Below, one piece after another: positions 47,981 to 56,710 of a stretch of DNA of 64,000 nt (positions are counted from its first letter, which is position 1; each line of letters begins with the position of its first letter). The translations under genes and the position numbers were made by a program. Below the pieces are notes generated by a model. The model saw nothing but the letters and a program-made list of their open reading frames with translations, was not told where the DNA came from and made no database searches. This DNA is from Escherichia phage REP8: the sequence record OQ174507.1; one strand, given 5' to 3'.

Positions 47981-48653
47981 TGAAGTACTGTGTCATGCTT
48001 ATGACTTGCATCCTCATGAGTTAGGTCTTGATTCCTGTGTATGGACGTCAGAACAGTGCAGGGATTTTGAAGACACTGCAAGAGAAGTTGTATGTTCACT
48101 TGAAGAGTTCCACACATCAGAACCAATCGTGAACGTTGTGGACAAAGAGACTGGACAAACTGTAGGAGTGAGACGTGACAGCCTAGTCATAGTCAATAAA
48201 GACCTTGTAGAAAAAGGTAACCTCATCTTAGCAGATATTGATGGCGTTCTTACAAATTTTAATCACGAAGATTACTCCACAGAGTTGACTGACGGGTCAT
48301 TTTCACAGTACACTAATCTTCTTGACTCTGTAAGAGCAAAACCAACGTATGTTTTTAGTATTATTGATGCAATTGCTAATCATGCTGCTATCGGACTCTT
48401 GACAGCAAGAGGTGAAACTCAGAGAATACCTACTGAGATGTTCTTGAGGCACAATATAGAGCATGATTACATGCTTTTTATGCGTGGTTTTGGAACTAAC
48501 TCCCTAAGTGCAGAAAGTTTAAAAGTGAGGATGATTCAGTCTTGCATTCTCCCTTACTTTAATATAGTATGTTTTATAGAAGATACAGAGAAGAATGTTC
48601 AGAAGGTAAACCAAATCCTTCCACACATCAAAACCATGTTAGTTAAACATTGA
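47958..48653 (+). CDS. HAD-superfamily hydrolase-like protein
   Basis: LILADIDGVLT matches HAD motif I (DxDG[TV]). Confidence 0.35.
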   Translation: MKKLRKFDEVLCHAYDLHPHELGLDSCVWTSEQCRDFEDTAREVVCSLEEFHTSEPIVNVVDKETGQTVGVRRDSLVIVNKDLVEKGNLILADIDGVLTNFNHEDYSTELTDGSFSQYTNLLDSVRAKPTYVFSIIDAIANHAAIGLLTARGETQRIPTEMFLRHNIEHDYMLFMRGFGTNSLSAESLKVRMIQSCILPYFNIVCFIEDTEKNVQKVNQILPHIKTMLVKH

Positions 48654-48663
48654 GAGAAAACTT

Positions 48664-49128
48664 ATGAACAATATCATTACGGTAGCACTGGACGTTACGG
48701 AAAACAAATCTGAAGTAGTTCGTAACATTATCAAGAGCAACTTTGAGGGTAAAATCTTCCGTGCTGTCAATGTAAAAGCAGACGGCAATATCAGAGAGTA
48801 TCGTGCTCTTCTGAATGTTAAGAAACACGTCAAGGGCGCTGGTTCGACGACTGCACACAAAGAAAACCTGATGACTATCTATGATATGGGTATGGCTTCA
48901 GAGTTAGGTGCTGAAGGTATTGTTAAAGAAGGTGCTCCGTATCGCTCTTTCAATCTGGAAACTGCTCTTATGCTTTCCTTTACAAGTGGTTCTAAAACAA
49001 CTACTTATCTCTTTACTGATGCTGCAACGGTATCTGCTATTAAGGATAGCACTGTCAAAGCTGGGGTAGCTGCTGCTGCAAAAGCTTCTTCGATGGCTGC
49101 AAATGTCCTTGCTAAAGTCCTCAGTTAA
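48664..49128 (+). CDS. hypothetical protein
   Basis: ORF followed by strong terminator. Confidence 0.3.
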   Translation: MNNIITVALDVTENKSEVVRNIIKSNFEGKIFRAVNVKADGNIREYRALLNVKKHVKGAGSTTAHKENLMTIYDMGMASELGAEGIVKEGAPYRSFNLETALMLSFTSGSKTTTYLFTDAATVSAIKDSTVKAGVAAAAKASSMAANVLAKVLS

Positions 49129-49138
49129 GGTTAAGATA

Positions 49139-49162
49139 CAGGCTCCTTCGGGAGCCTTTTTC
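49139..49162 (+). terminator. intrinsic terminator
   Basis: GGCTCC-TTCG-GGAGCC followed by TTTTT. Confidence 0.6.
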
Positions 49163-49180
49163 ATTTCAGGAGATTGTTAA

Positions 49181-49528
49181 ATGACATTTAAAGAGTTCTG
49201 CCAAGCTACTTTCATAATTGTTTTCTTAGTTGGAGCAGGTGTCTGGGGAGGATACTCTTACAGAGACTATCAAGTTGCTGAAGCTGAGCTAAACAATGAG
49301 AAACTAATAAGTGTTGCTAAAGATGCTTATCAGGAAGGTTTAGTCACACTGAGCACCAATTACAAAAATGATTTGAAAGATGTGCTTGCTAAGAATAAGC
49401 ATACAAAAGAGGTACTAACATATGAAAAAACTAAGCCAGAATTTTATAATGTTTGTGTTACTGATAATTATGTCAGGGTGTTCAACGAACAAAGTGAACA
49501 GTACATTCAAAAACTCCCAAGTAAGTGA
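49181..49528 (+). CDS. candidate i-spanin (Rz-like)
   Basis: N-terminal TM helix followed by charged, helical periplasmic region; contains an embedded out-of-frame lipoprotein ORF. Confidence 0.4.
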   Translation: MTFKEFCQATFIIVFLVGAGVWGGYSYRDYQVAEAELNNEKLISVAKDAYQEGLVTLSTNYKNDLKDVLAKNKHTKEVLTYEKTKPEFYNVCVTDNYVRVFNEQSEQYIQKLPSK

Positions 49529-49691
49529 GAGTGATAAGTACACTCAAGAAGAATCACGGTATACTGTCAAAGGGAGCACAGGCAGTGATGTAGCAGCAGC
49601 ACTTGAGTTCTACCGTGACGGCTTTTACCAGTGTACAATCAAAGCTAATAACCTTATTGACATGATTTTATTAGGGAACAAACAGCAATGA
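49422..49691 (+). CDS. candidate o-spanin (Rz1-like lipoprotein)
   Basis: Signal peptide ending in lipobox-like IMSGC; starts inside 49181-49528 in another frame. Confidence 0.35.
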   Translation: MKKLSQNFIMFVLLIIMSGCSTNKVNSTFKNSQVSESDKYTQEESRYTVKGSTGSDVAAALEFYRDGFYQCTIKANNLIDMILLGNKQQ

Positions 49692-49957
49692 CAGAGAATG
49701 AAGACACTTTCTATGTAGAAGGGTACTTACTGCTACCACGACCAAAAGATACTTATATGCGAATTGACTTCATACCAACCATTATGGATAATGTGATGTG
49801 CCATATCTTTATGCAAGGTGTCACAGCACAGCTTAAGCATGTTGGTAAAGAGTGCAAAATAAAGGTTGACACTCATCCAGAAATCAAAGAGAATCACTAC
49901 ACATGGTTCTTACCAGACTCTAAAGAAATCTTAGCAATTCTTAAAACGAGGAAGTAA
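49688..49957 (+). CDS. hypothetical protein
   Basis: ORF only. Confidence 0.25.
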   Translation: MTENEDTFYVEGYLLLPRPKDTYMRIDFIPTIMDNVMCHIFMQGVTAQLKHVGKECKIKVDTHPEIKENHYTWFLPDSKEILAILKTRK

Positions 49958-49959
49958 CT

Positions 49960-50283
49960 ATGCAGATTAATGGAAGAGACTTTGTAGCCGTTTACTATGA
50001 GAACGATAAAGAAGTTGGTGTAGCACAAGTAACCTACGGCAACGGTATGTGGTTATATGGAACAATAGCAGTAGTAGGCACAAGAAGTGATACAAAAACT
50101 TTTAAAGATTGTGTTGACCTTCTTGAAGAATCCATTCAGAATCATTGGTGTCTGATATGGATGACTGATAACGAAGTGATGGAGCGTTTCAAAAAGATTG
50201 ATATCAACATTGATAGCATTGAGCATGTTGATTTGTATGAGCTAACTGAGAAGGTAAGCTATGAAAGCTCTAGAGGTAATTGA
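49960..50283 (+). CDS. hypothetical protein
   Basis: ORF only. Confidence 0.25.
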   Translation: MQINGRDFVAVYYENDKEVGVAQVTYGNGMWLYGTIAVVGTRSDTKTFKDCVDLLEESIQNHWCLIWMTDNEVMERFKKIDINIDSIEHVDLYELTEKVSYESSRGN

Positions 50284-50488
50284 TAAAGATACTGGAGAAG
50301 TGACATCAGCATGTGTTTTCATTAGTAACGACACAGTGATACCATTTTACAATCTCGATAGCTTTAGTTTTACAGGGATAACTCCAGAGGAATACTTTGA
50401 AGACCTCACCTTTGCCAGAATCTCTATAGACACATTCTATAAATGCTTCTATGATGAAGGTAAAGAATTACGAGAAACTGAACTATAA
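50261..50488 (+). CDS. hypothetical protein
   Basis: ORF only. Confidence 0.25.
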   Translation: MKALEVIDKDTGEVTSACVFISNDTVIPFYNLDSFSFTGITPEEYFEDLTFARISIDTFYKCFYDEGKELRETEL

Positions 50489-50500
50489 GGTGTATATGAT

Positions 50501-50701
50501 ATGGCTGACTTCTGCAAAGATTGTTCTATCGAAATGTTCGGACGTGATACAGGTGACTTAAAAGGTCTTATCACTGAAGATGACTTTAAAGCTGGCTATG
50601 TAATGCCAGTAATTTGTGAAGGTTGTGGATGTATCTGGGTAGACCACGAAGGGCAACGTGTAAAACCTTCAGAAGATAAAGAATCTTGGGAGAGATGTTA
50701 A
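50501..50701 (+). CDS. small Cys-rich (zinc-binding) protein
   Basis: CKDC...CEGCGC. Confidence 0.3.
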   Translation: MADFCKDCSIEMFGRDTGDLKGLITEDDFKAGYVMPVICEGCGCIWVDHEGQRVKPSEDKESWERC

Positions 50702-51487
50702 ATGGGTATTGTAAAAATCATCAAAGGTGATATCTTTGACGCCTTTGATAAAGGTAAATTTGATATCATTGGTCATGGTTGCAACTGTATGAATTTCATG
50801 GGTGCAGGTATTGCAGCAACTATTTCTAAGCGTTATCCAAAAGTGTATGATACTGACACAGAAGTTTACCTGTTTGCAGGTGGCATTCGTCACAAACCCT
50901 GTGAAAATTTACTGGGTAATTTCTCCGTAGCACGTTTAAAACAAGGTCGTGTAGCTAACCTTTACACCCAACTCCATACTGGTAAAGATGCCCGATACAG
51001 CGCTTTAGAGTCATCTTTGAAGAAACTTAACAGATACTGTGAAGTTAACCAGTTGAAGAAGGTCGGTCTACCTATGATTGGTGCAGGTATCGGTGGACTT
51101 GACCCTCAAGCTGTCACAGTTATCATTAATCAGGTGATGAAGAGTGTAGATGTTTATCTGTATGTCTACGAGACAGAGATGTACAACGAGTTACACTCAG
51201 GTTGGAAGAACTACTGTGAACCAGAATACTTTGCAGGTGTAGCAGTGTTCACAGATAATGCAGTTACCCTCTTCAGACGAAGACAAGGTAAGGTACATCA
51301 AAGTAACCCTCCGGTTGAAAAGATGTCTCTAAGTAACGCTCTAGTTACCCACCTGTCGAAGAGCAGTCACAGGATTGCAGTAACATTTGGCAGTGATGCA
51401 GATGCTTACATCTATGCAAGAACTGATGAGGATATCGAGACGGTTTTCTCTTCACCAGAAGTTACCTTCTTAGACGCAAAGAACTAA
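50702..51487 (+). CDS. macro domain protein (ADP-ribose binding/processing)
   Basis: IKGDIFD...DIIGHGCNCMNFMGAGIA...LPMIGAGIGGL matches macro-domain Gly-rich loops. Confidence 0.55.
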   Translation: MGIVKIIKGDIFDAFDKGKFDIIGHGCNCMNFMGAGIAATISKRYPKVYDTDTEVYLFAGGIRHKPCENLLGNFSVARLKQGRVANLYTQLHTGKDARYSALESSLKKLNRYCEVNQLKKVGLPMIGAGIGGLDPQAVTVIINQVMKSVDVYLYVYETEMYNELHSGWKNYCEPEYFAGVAVFTDNAVTLFRRRQGKVHQSNPPVEKMSLSNALVTHLSKSSHRIAVTFGSDADAYIYARTDEDIETVFSSPEVTFLDAKN

Positions 51488-51518
51488 GAAACTCTGTAAA
51501 ATATTCACAATAGACTAA

Positions 51519-51561
51519 GCCTTCCTTATCTGGGAAATCTTTCAGGTAAGGAGGGCTTTTT
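51519..51561 (+). terminator. intrinsic terminator
   Basis: 10-bp stem GCCTTCCTTA/TAAGGAGGGC followed by TTTTT. Confidence 0.4.
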
Positions 51562-51738
51562 CATTTCAGGATTGTGCAGGTAGATTTCTGTAGAGAAATC
51601 TGTAGAGAGAATTTTGAACTCCAAAGAGAAAATTCATTTTCAAACTGTGCAGGTAATCTCCAAAGAGCTTTTTCATTTTCAAAACGTGCAGAGAAAAATC
51701 AGGTCGGGCAAGAAAAATCATTTTCGAATTGTGCAGGT
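51559..51738. repeat. four ~23-bp imperfect direct repeats (iteron-like)
   Basis: TTCATTT(T)C...TGTGCAGGTA at ~51562, 51633, 51672 and 51714. Confidence 0.5.
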
Positions 51739-51915
51739 AGGTGGGTGCAGGTGGGGATGTCGCCATTTCTCACAAGGCTACCACATCTGAAAAGAAAAGT
51801 CAACAGAAAAATTTGTAGCGGATTGAAAAATAATTCTTGATTGTAGTTCTGTTTTGTGGTAGTCGCGTGCGCCCGTTTCATTACATTTTTGCCAAAAATA
51901 TTTTTAAAATTTTTA

Positions 51916-51944
51916 TTGACTCCTCGAACGGGTTTTTATAGTAT
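51916..51944 (+). promoter_or_regulatory. cassette promoter 1 (sigma70-like) with downstream 5'UTR hairpin and SD
   Basis: TTGACT-N17-TAGTAT; hairpin GGGGAGG...CTTCCCC 51955-51974; AGGAG 51996-52000; ATG 52009. Confidence 0.5.
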
Positions 51945-52008
51945 TTGCATCAACGGGGAGGAAATGACTTCCCCACTAAATAAAACCCTTAAACTAGGAG
52001 ATTCTAAA

Positions 52009-52392
52009 ATGGCATATCGTGCACCTAAATTCATCAATAAAGACAACTTCCGCAACGCACTGGAAAAATCACTTGATGAGAATTTTACAGGTCAGATTAT
52101 TGTTGTTCACGCATATAATTTTAAGTATGATATTAACGGGAACAGAATCAACCATTACACGGCAACCATGTTAGATGGTGCGCTATCAAGTGAAAAAGCT
52201 GTACTGAATGCACTTGCTGGACGTGGTAAAAACCTGATAAAATGCAATAAGAGACGTTATCAGGGCGGCGCATATGGTTACGATGACGCTGTTTATCATC
52301 TTGAGAATATGGGCTATTCAGTGGAAAAAGCTGGAGTGTCTCAAATAATCGGCAGTGACGGCTATGTGACAATATTCAAAATTAACAAATAA
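52009..52392 (+). CDS. hypothetical early protein
   Basis: Start placed at ATG after SD; the ORF-track N-terminal extension reads through the cassette. Confidence 0.35.
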   Translation: MAYRAPKFINKDNFRNALEKSLDENFTGQIIVVHAYNFKYDINGNRINHYTATMLDGALSSEKAVLNALAGRGKNLIKCNKRRYQGGAYGYDDAVYHLENMGYSVEKAGVSQIIGSDGYVTIFKINK

Positions 52393-52397
52393 AGTAC

Positions 52398-52426
52398 TTT
52401 ACAAGGGGTTTATAGTTCGATAAAGT
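52398..52426 (+). promoter_or_regulatory. cassette promoter 2 with stem-loop spanning the spacer
   Basis: TTTACA-N17-TAAAGT; GGGGTTTA (52405-52412) pairs with TAAACCCC (52426-52433). Confidence 0.5.
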
Positions 52427-52477
52427 AAACCCCAGATAAAGAGCTTTACCGCTAAATCCTAGACTGGAGATTCTAAA

Positions 52478-52774
52478 ATGAAATTATCGAATAACGTTCG
52501 TGAAAATCTAAGCAAATTACTCAATAAAATCAATTTTATTGAGACCTCAAGAAATACTCATGAGGTTATGGAATGGATACACGGGAAAATAAATGGTCGT
52601 CGTGTAGTAATTTGCTTATGGAATAGTTGCAGGGAGTATAAAAAACCTGTCTTACAAATTAATATTTATGACGATACTTTTAAAAGCCCAGTAAAGTCTA
52701 AAAGTGACTTATTAGAATCTTATGAGATAACTTTAAATGGCAAGGTATCACGTAAAGAGGAAACACCATGTTAA
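52478..52774 (+). CDS. hypothetical early protein
   Basis: ORF after cassette with GGAGA SD. Confidence 0.35.
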   Translation: MKLSNNVRENLSKLLNKINFIETSRNTHEVMEWIHGKINGRRVVICLWNSCREYKKPVLQINIYDDTFKSPVKSKSDLLESYEITLNGKVSRKEETPC

Positions 52775-53100
52775 TGATGGGGACAACTGCAATCATCGCC
52801 ATTATAGCACTTTATAAGGCATATAAAGCCTATAATCTGGCAAGTAAGGCAATCACGCAGCAGGTTAATAATAGCCTTGTAGAAAGCTTTCTAGGGCGTT
52901 TAAGTGATGAGCAAATAAAGCGGCTAGAGATGAGCTTCAGATATAAAGCGAAAACCTATCAGATAAGTGACATATTCAAAGATGATTTTCAGCTTGTCGA
53001 TGATTATAATGCTCTGATAAATGCTTTAAATATCAGTGACTTAAAAGACTACTACGCTGTAATTGTTCAAGAACTGAGCAAACGAAAACAAAATGCTTGA
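52768..53100 (+). CDS. hypothetical membrane protein
   Basis: N-terminal TM helix. Confidence 0.3.
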   Translation: MLMMGTTAIIAIIALYKAYKAYNLASKAITQQVNNSLVESFLGRLSDEQIKRLEMSFRYKAKTYQISDIFKDDFQLVDDYNALINALNISDLKDYYAVIVQELSKRKQNA

Positions 53101-53125
53101 CACTGGTTTTTAAGTAGGTTAAATT
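53097..53125 (+). promoter_or_regulatory. cassette promoter 3
   Basis: TTGACA-N17-TAAATT; 5'UTR hairpin GGGGG...CCCCC; AGGAGA SD. Confidence 0.55.
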
Positions 53126-53187
53126 ACACATCAACGGGGGCGGTAAACCCCCCACTAATTAAAACCCTTAAACTAGGAGATTCTAAA

Positions 53188-53460
53188 ATGTATACTACTA
53201 ACAACGGTCGCACCTTAAACGTAACCCTGCGCCACTATGTAAACGGGGTAATGCACTTCGAGGATTTACAAGCTGAACAACATATCTTGGATTGGCAACT
53301 TGCAGGATTCCAAAAAACTGCTACCGGATACGGGAAAAAGATTCCAACTAGTTGGAAAGTATACTACGAAGGACGTTTGCGCAGAATTTATCAGGATGTT
53401 TACAGCAATAGCGCAACAAGTTACATCATGGTAAAAGGTAAAAAATTGCACTTAGTGTAA
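53188..53460 (+). CDS. hypothetical early protein
   Basis: ORF after cassette. Confidence 0.35.
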   Translation: MYTTNNGRTLNVTLRHYVNGVMHFEDLQAEQHILDWQLAGFQKTATGYGKKIPTSWKVYYEGRLRRIYQDVYSNSATSYIMVKGKKLHLV

Positions 53461-53465
53461 AGTAC

Positions 53466-53494
53466 TTTACAAGGTGCTTATAGTTCGATATAGT
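53466..53494 (+). promoter_or_regulatory. cassette promoter 4 with stem-loop
   Basis: TTTACA-N17-TATAGT; GGTGCTTA...TAAGCACC inverted repeat. Confidence 0.55.
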
Positions 53495-53545
53495 AAGCAC
53501 CAGATAAAGAGCTTTATCACTAAATCCTAAATTGGAGATTCAAAA

Positions 53546-53950
53546 ATGGCTATTAATAACCGTGATTTATTAATCTTAAAAGCACGTTTGACCGTTAACC
53601 GGATTAATGTTATTACGTCATCAGCACCAGACGAGACACTGCAAAACATTATCGGGAAGATTCAAAGTGTTATCTTAGACGTTGAAAACGTGAAAAACTC
53701 ATTAACTGACGTTGCAGCAGGTATCACGCTAGACGGTGCACAATACGAAATGGCTGACATGTTGGGCAAATCTAAGGTAATGAATAAAGAGCTTGATTTA
53801 AAAATGTTCAGATTCGCTGTGAAAGTGTGGCTATCTGTTGAGTATGATGCTAATTATGCAATCGCTGACTTTTTCGCCACTTGGTTGCAGCGTAATTTGA
53901 CAAATCACGATTTTCGCAATATCTGCGATGCAATTTATGCAGAACTTTAA
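53546..53950 (+). CDS. hypothetical early protein
   Basis: ORF after cassette. Confidence 0.35.
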   Translation: MAINNRDLLILKARLTVNRINVITSSAPDETLQNIIGKIQSVILDVENVKNSLTDVAAGITLDGAQYEMADMLGKSKVMNKELDLKMFRFAVKVWLSVEYDANYAIADFFATWLQRNLTNHDFRNICDAIYAEL

Positions 53951-53958
53951 AAATTTTC

Positions 53959-53987
53959 TTGACACTGGTTTTTAGATAGATTAAATT
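53959..53987 (+). promoter_or_regulatory. cassette promoter 5
   Basis: TTGACA-N17-TAAATT; 5'UTR hairpin; SD. Confidence 0.55.
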
Positions 53988-54051
53988 ACACATCAACGGG
54001 GAGGAAATGACTTCCCCACTAAGTAAAACCCTTAAACTAGGAGATTCAAAA

Positions 54052-54255
54052 ATGGCTATTATTAACGGTTTAAACATTGAAACAACGCACATCAAAGATA
54101 TTAAAGTTGGTGATGTGGTTCTCTTTCACGGCGTAGAAAAAACCGTCACGGCGAAAGATATTACAGAGGACTCCTTCATGGGTCGGTCGCTCTTCGGTGA
54201 TTCTTATTGCTTAGGTTACCGTGCAGTTTTAAAAGTTGTCAAAAATAACAAATAA
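54052..54255 (+). CDS. hypothetical early protein (67 aa)
   Basis: Start placed at ATG after SD. Confidence 0.3.
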   Translation: MAIINGLNIETTHIKDIKVGDVVLFHGVEKTVTAKDITEDSFMGRSLFGDSYCLGYRAVLKVVKNNK

Positions 54256-54260
54256 AGTAC

Positions 54261-54289
54261 TTTACAAGGGGTTTATAGTTCGATAAAGT
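54261..54289 (+). promoter_or_regulatory. cassette promoter 6 with stem-loop
   Basis: TTTACA-N17-TAAAGT; near-identical to cassette 2. Confidence 0.5.
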
Positions 54290-54342
54290 AAACCCCAGAT
54301 AAAGAGCTTTACCACTAAATCCTTAAACTAGGAGATTCAAAA

Positions 54343-54885
54343 ATGAAATGCTTCCACGGTACTACTCAAGAAAACTTCATCAACCTGATTAATAACGGTG
54401 ATAAGCCATCAGGTGCATGGAATTGTTCGGATATGGATGGGAATTTTTACGTTTATCCAGAAAATAAAATCTATGGCGACGATGCGGAAGAGATAGCATC
54501 TGAAGGTATCCAGCAAGCGTTAGGCAATGCCGCTATCACCGCAGCTTTCCAGATGAAAACTCAAAACATTGTTATCTTGGAACTTGATATTCCAGAAGAT
54601 GAGTTAAACGATGATTACTCTTGTGATAATATGGCGAACGTGGCAAGTTTTACAGAGTATTTCGATTTAAAATGGATTAAAAAGGTTTATACCACTGAAT
54701 TTAATGCTATGTTTTCACCATTTTGTCTGCCTTCACTGGATAACCCAAATATGAATTATCTTGATGAGACATTAGAACTACTTGCCAAAAGCGTTCAACA
54801 GTCCGACAGTATTCAGGTTTTTTGTGACATCATGGACACACTGACGGGAAACATCGCAGAAGAGGATTTAAAGAGCTTTTTTTAA
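54343..54885 (+). CDS. hypothetical early protein (acidic)
   Basis: ORF after cassette. Confidence 0.35.
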   Translation: MKCFHGTTQENFINLINNGDKPSGAWNCSDMDGNFYVYPENKIYGDDAEEIASEGIQQALGNAAITAAFQMKTQNIVILELDIPEDELNDDYSCDNMANVASFTEYFDLKWIKKVYTTEFNAMFSPFCLPSLDNPNMNYLDETLELLAKSVQQSDSIQVFCDIMDTLTGNIAEEDLKSFF

Positions 54886-54927
54886 AAACCTATACAATCA
54901 CCTTATAAACACTATTCAGCACCTTGT

Positions 54928-55185
54928 GTGTGCTTCTGGAGTGCTTTAATCATGCTTACAACCGTTTACCTCATCCTTTCCATGTGTAATGGTCATTCAT
55001 GCGATTTCGAAGAGCTTGGGGAGTTTACAGGGAGTAAAGAAAACGCTATTCAGGTTTGTCAGATAGAAAGGCAAGACTACCCCGCCAGTGATGATATAAA
55101 ATGTTACTTTAAGACAGAAGACAGCGACGGCGTTTATTTTGACAGTGTTGACGGGCAAGATGAAATTATCATTGATAAAGACTAG
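54928..55185 (+). CDS. hypothetical protein with N-terminal hydrophobic segment
   Basis: ORF; no cassette upstream. Confidence 0.3.
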   Translation: MCFWSALIMLTTVYLILSMCNGHSCDFEELGEFTGSKENAIQVCQIERQDYPASDDIKCYFKTEDSDGVYFDSVDGQDEIIIDKD

Positions 55186-55211
55186 ACAAGCCGGATAAAA
55201 GCAAGTAAATT
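55183..55211 (+). promoter_or_regulatory. cassette promoter 7
   Basis: TAGACA-N17-TAAATT; 5'UTR hairpin; SD. Confidence 0.4.
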
Positions 55212-55277
55212 ACTAATCAACGGGGAGGTAATGAACTTCCCCACTAAGTAAAACCCTTAAACTAGGAGATTCAAAAG

Positions 55278-55619
55278 ATGGCTTATGTAACTGTAATTAC
55301 CAATAAACCGGATTCATCTTGGTCAACTCAAGTAAGCGATAAGATGACACCTATGCAGTGCCTAAAATACTTTGAGCAATGGAATAAAGGCGAGGAAACA
55401 AGTCCCTTCCAAGTGATGCAGATTATCCATGTAAGTAATGAAGGGACTAAAACGGTTTTAAATAGTGAGTACTATGCAACCAGATTTGAGACGAGATGTA
55501 AAACGATGAAGCTATTACGTGAATCCGGCTATTCTCATATTGCCGCACTAATCTGGGATGACCTGCTAAAAAATCAGCGTATCAGCTATGTAAAACATGA
55601 AAAAATATTCATCAGTTAA
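55278..55619 (+). CDS. hypothetical early protein
   Basis: ORF after cassette. Confidence 0.35.
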   Translation: MAYVTVITNKPDSSWSTQVSDKMTPMQCLKYFEQWNKGEETSPFQVMQIIHVSNEGTKTVLNSEYYATRFETRCKTMKLLRESGYSHIAALIWDDLLKNQRISYVKHEKIFIS

Positions 55620-55652
55620 TCAATAACTTACAAAAAACTTTTAAAAAAAGTG

Positions 55653-55681
55653 TTGACAATGCCCCTTGACATTGGTAATGT
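55653..55681 (+). promoter_or_regulatory. sigma70-like promoter
   Basis: TTGACA-N17-TAATGT. Confidence 0.4.
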
Positions 55682-55750
55682 TGTTCGAGGGGGTTTATCT
55701 TAAAGGGATTCACTTAAAAGATTTCTTTAAAGATAAGCTTAAAAAATTGC

Positions 55751-55779
55751 TTGCAATCAGCTATCAAAACAAGTAAATT
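55751..55779 (+). promoter_or_regulatory. cassette promoter 8
   Basis: TTGCAA-N17-TAAATT; 5'UTR hairpin; SD. Confidence 0.5.
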
Positions 55780-55844
55780 ACTAATCAACGGGGAGGAAAT
55801 GAACTTCCCCACTAAGTAAAGTCCTTAAACTAGGAGATTCTAAA

Positions 55845-56375
55845 ATGAACAAATTTCAAGCTATCAACTATATTCGTTCCGTCAATGTCATGTCAAAGCC
55901 TGTAAAAGATACGTATGAATTTCGTTGTAATGGTGTACACTTCGCAACAATCACCAAATCAGAAAACGGAACTTATTACGTCCATCGTCGTAATGTTGCA
56001 ACCGTTGTTGTCTCTCATTTTATGCAAGCTGTCGCGGAACTTCTCCCGATGTTTTTGGGTCTTTACTTGGATGAGTGTAAAAACGTTCAAAATCACGTTA
56101 AAAACCTTTTAAATAGTTATAAAATGGCTTACGAGCGTTCTATCAAGCACTTAAACAAGTTTTACAACGCACCTGAAAATACTGTATCAATGGCATATGC
56201 TGTAAATGGTGAGGCGGTGAGTCTCTTTGAAGTGGAAAAAATTAACCTGTATGATTTACGCCCTCACGGTTACACTAAGACACTGGGAGAAGGTTTAACG
56301 TTCAATATCAAGAACTTAGAAAAAACTTTAAAAGATATTGAAAAAGACATTGACGAGACCATCAAAAATCTGTAA
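55845..56375 (+). CDS. hypothetical early protein
   Basis: ORF after cassette. Confidence 0.35.
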   Translation: MNKFQAINYIRSVNVMSKPVKDTYEFRCNGVHFATITKSENGTYYVHRRNVATVVVSHFMQAVAELLPMFLGLYLDECKNVQNHVKNLLNSYKMAYERSIKHLNKFYNAPENTVSMAYAVNGEAVSLFEVEKINLYDLRPHGYTKTLGEGLTFNIKNLEKTLKDIEKDIDETIKNL

Positions 56376-56378
56376 ATT
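56350..56378 (+). promoter_or_regulatory. cassette promoter 9
   Basis: TTGACG-N17-TAAATT overlapping 3' end of upstream gene; 5'UTR hairpin; SD. Confidence 0.5.
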
Positions 56379-56443
56379 ACTAATCAACGGGGAGGAAATG
56401 AACTTCCCCACTAAGTAAAACCCTTAAACTAGGAGTTATCAAG

Positions 56444-56707
56444 ATGGAAAACGTAGAATTAATCACGCTCTTACAAATCGCAACCGACAAAGAAAACGTA
56501 GCATTATTACACCGCATTGAAAGTGATTTGTTCAATGGTGAAATCATCAAAGAATCTTATGAAGTTGTCGGATTCAAAGATGGTAAAGCATTTGGATTCT
56601 TTGACCTCGACAAAGGCAACGCTGTTACAAATTACGATGTTTTATCTTGTGAGATTCTTACAAAATACAACGAAAAAAGGCTTGCAACATACGCCAACAT
56701 GCAGTAA
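56444..56707 (+). CDS. hypothetical early protein
   Basis: ORF after cassette. Confidence 0.35.
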   Translation: MENVELITLLQIATDKENVALLHRIESDLFNGEIIKESYEVVGFKDGKAFGFFDLDKGNAVTNYDVLSCEILTKYNEKRLATYANMQ

Positions 56708-56710
56708 ATT
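56682..56710 (+). promoter_or_regulatory. cassette promoter 10
   Basis: TTGCAA-N17-TAAATT; 5'UTR hairpin GGGGAGG...CCTCCCT with compensatory changes. Confidence 0.5.

Noticed and set aside
51566-51881. ORFs 51566-51766 (minus), 51574-51840 (plus) and 51699-51881 (minus)
   Set aside because: They overlap each other and are built from the iteron-like direct repeats; the region reads better as non-coding.
51961-52008. N-terminal extension MTSPLNKTLKLGDSK on the ORFs at 51856 and 54007
   Set aside because: The extension is the cassette itself (hairpin plus SD) read in frame; the AGGAG SD sits 8 nt before the downstream ATG, which is the likely true start. In other cassette copies the same AUG is followed by a stop after 6 codons.
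52404-52434. tRNA-like sequence (GTTCGAT reminiscent of a T-loop) in type B cassettes
   Set aside because: Only a single hairpin can form; no acceptor stem, D-arm or anticodon arm, so not a tRNA. No convincing tRNA cloverleaf was spotted anywhere in the window, though this was not checked computationally.
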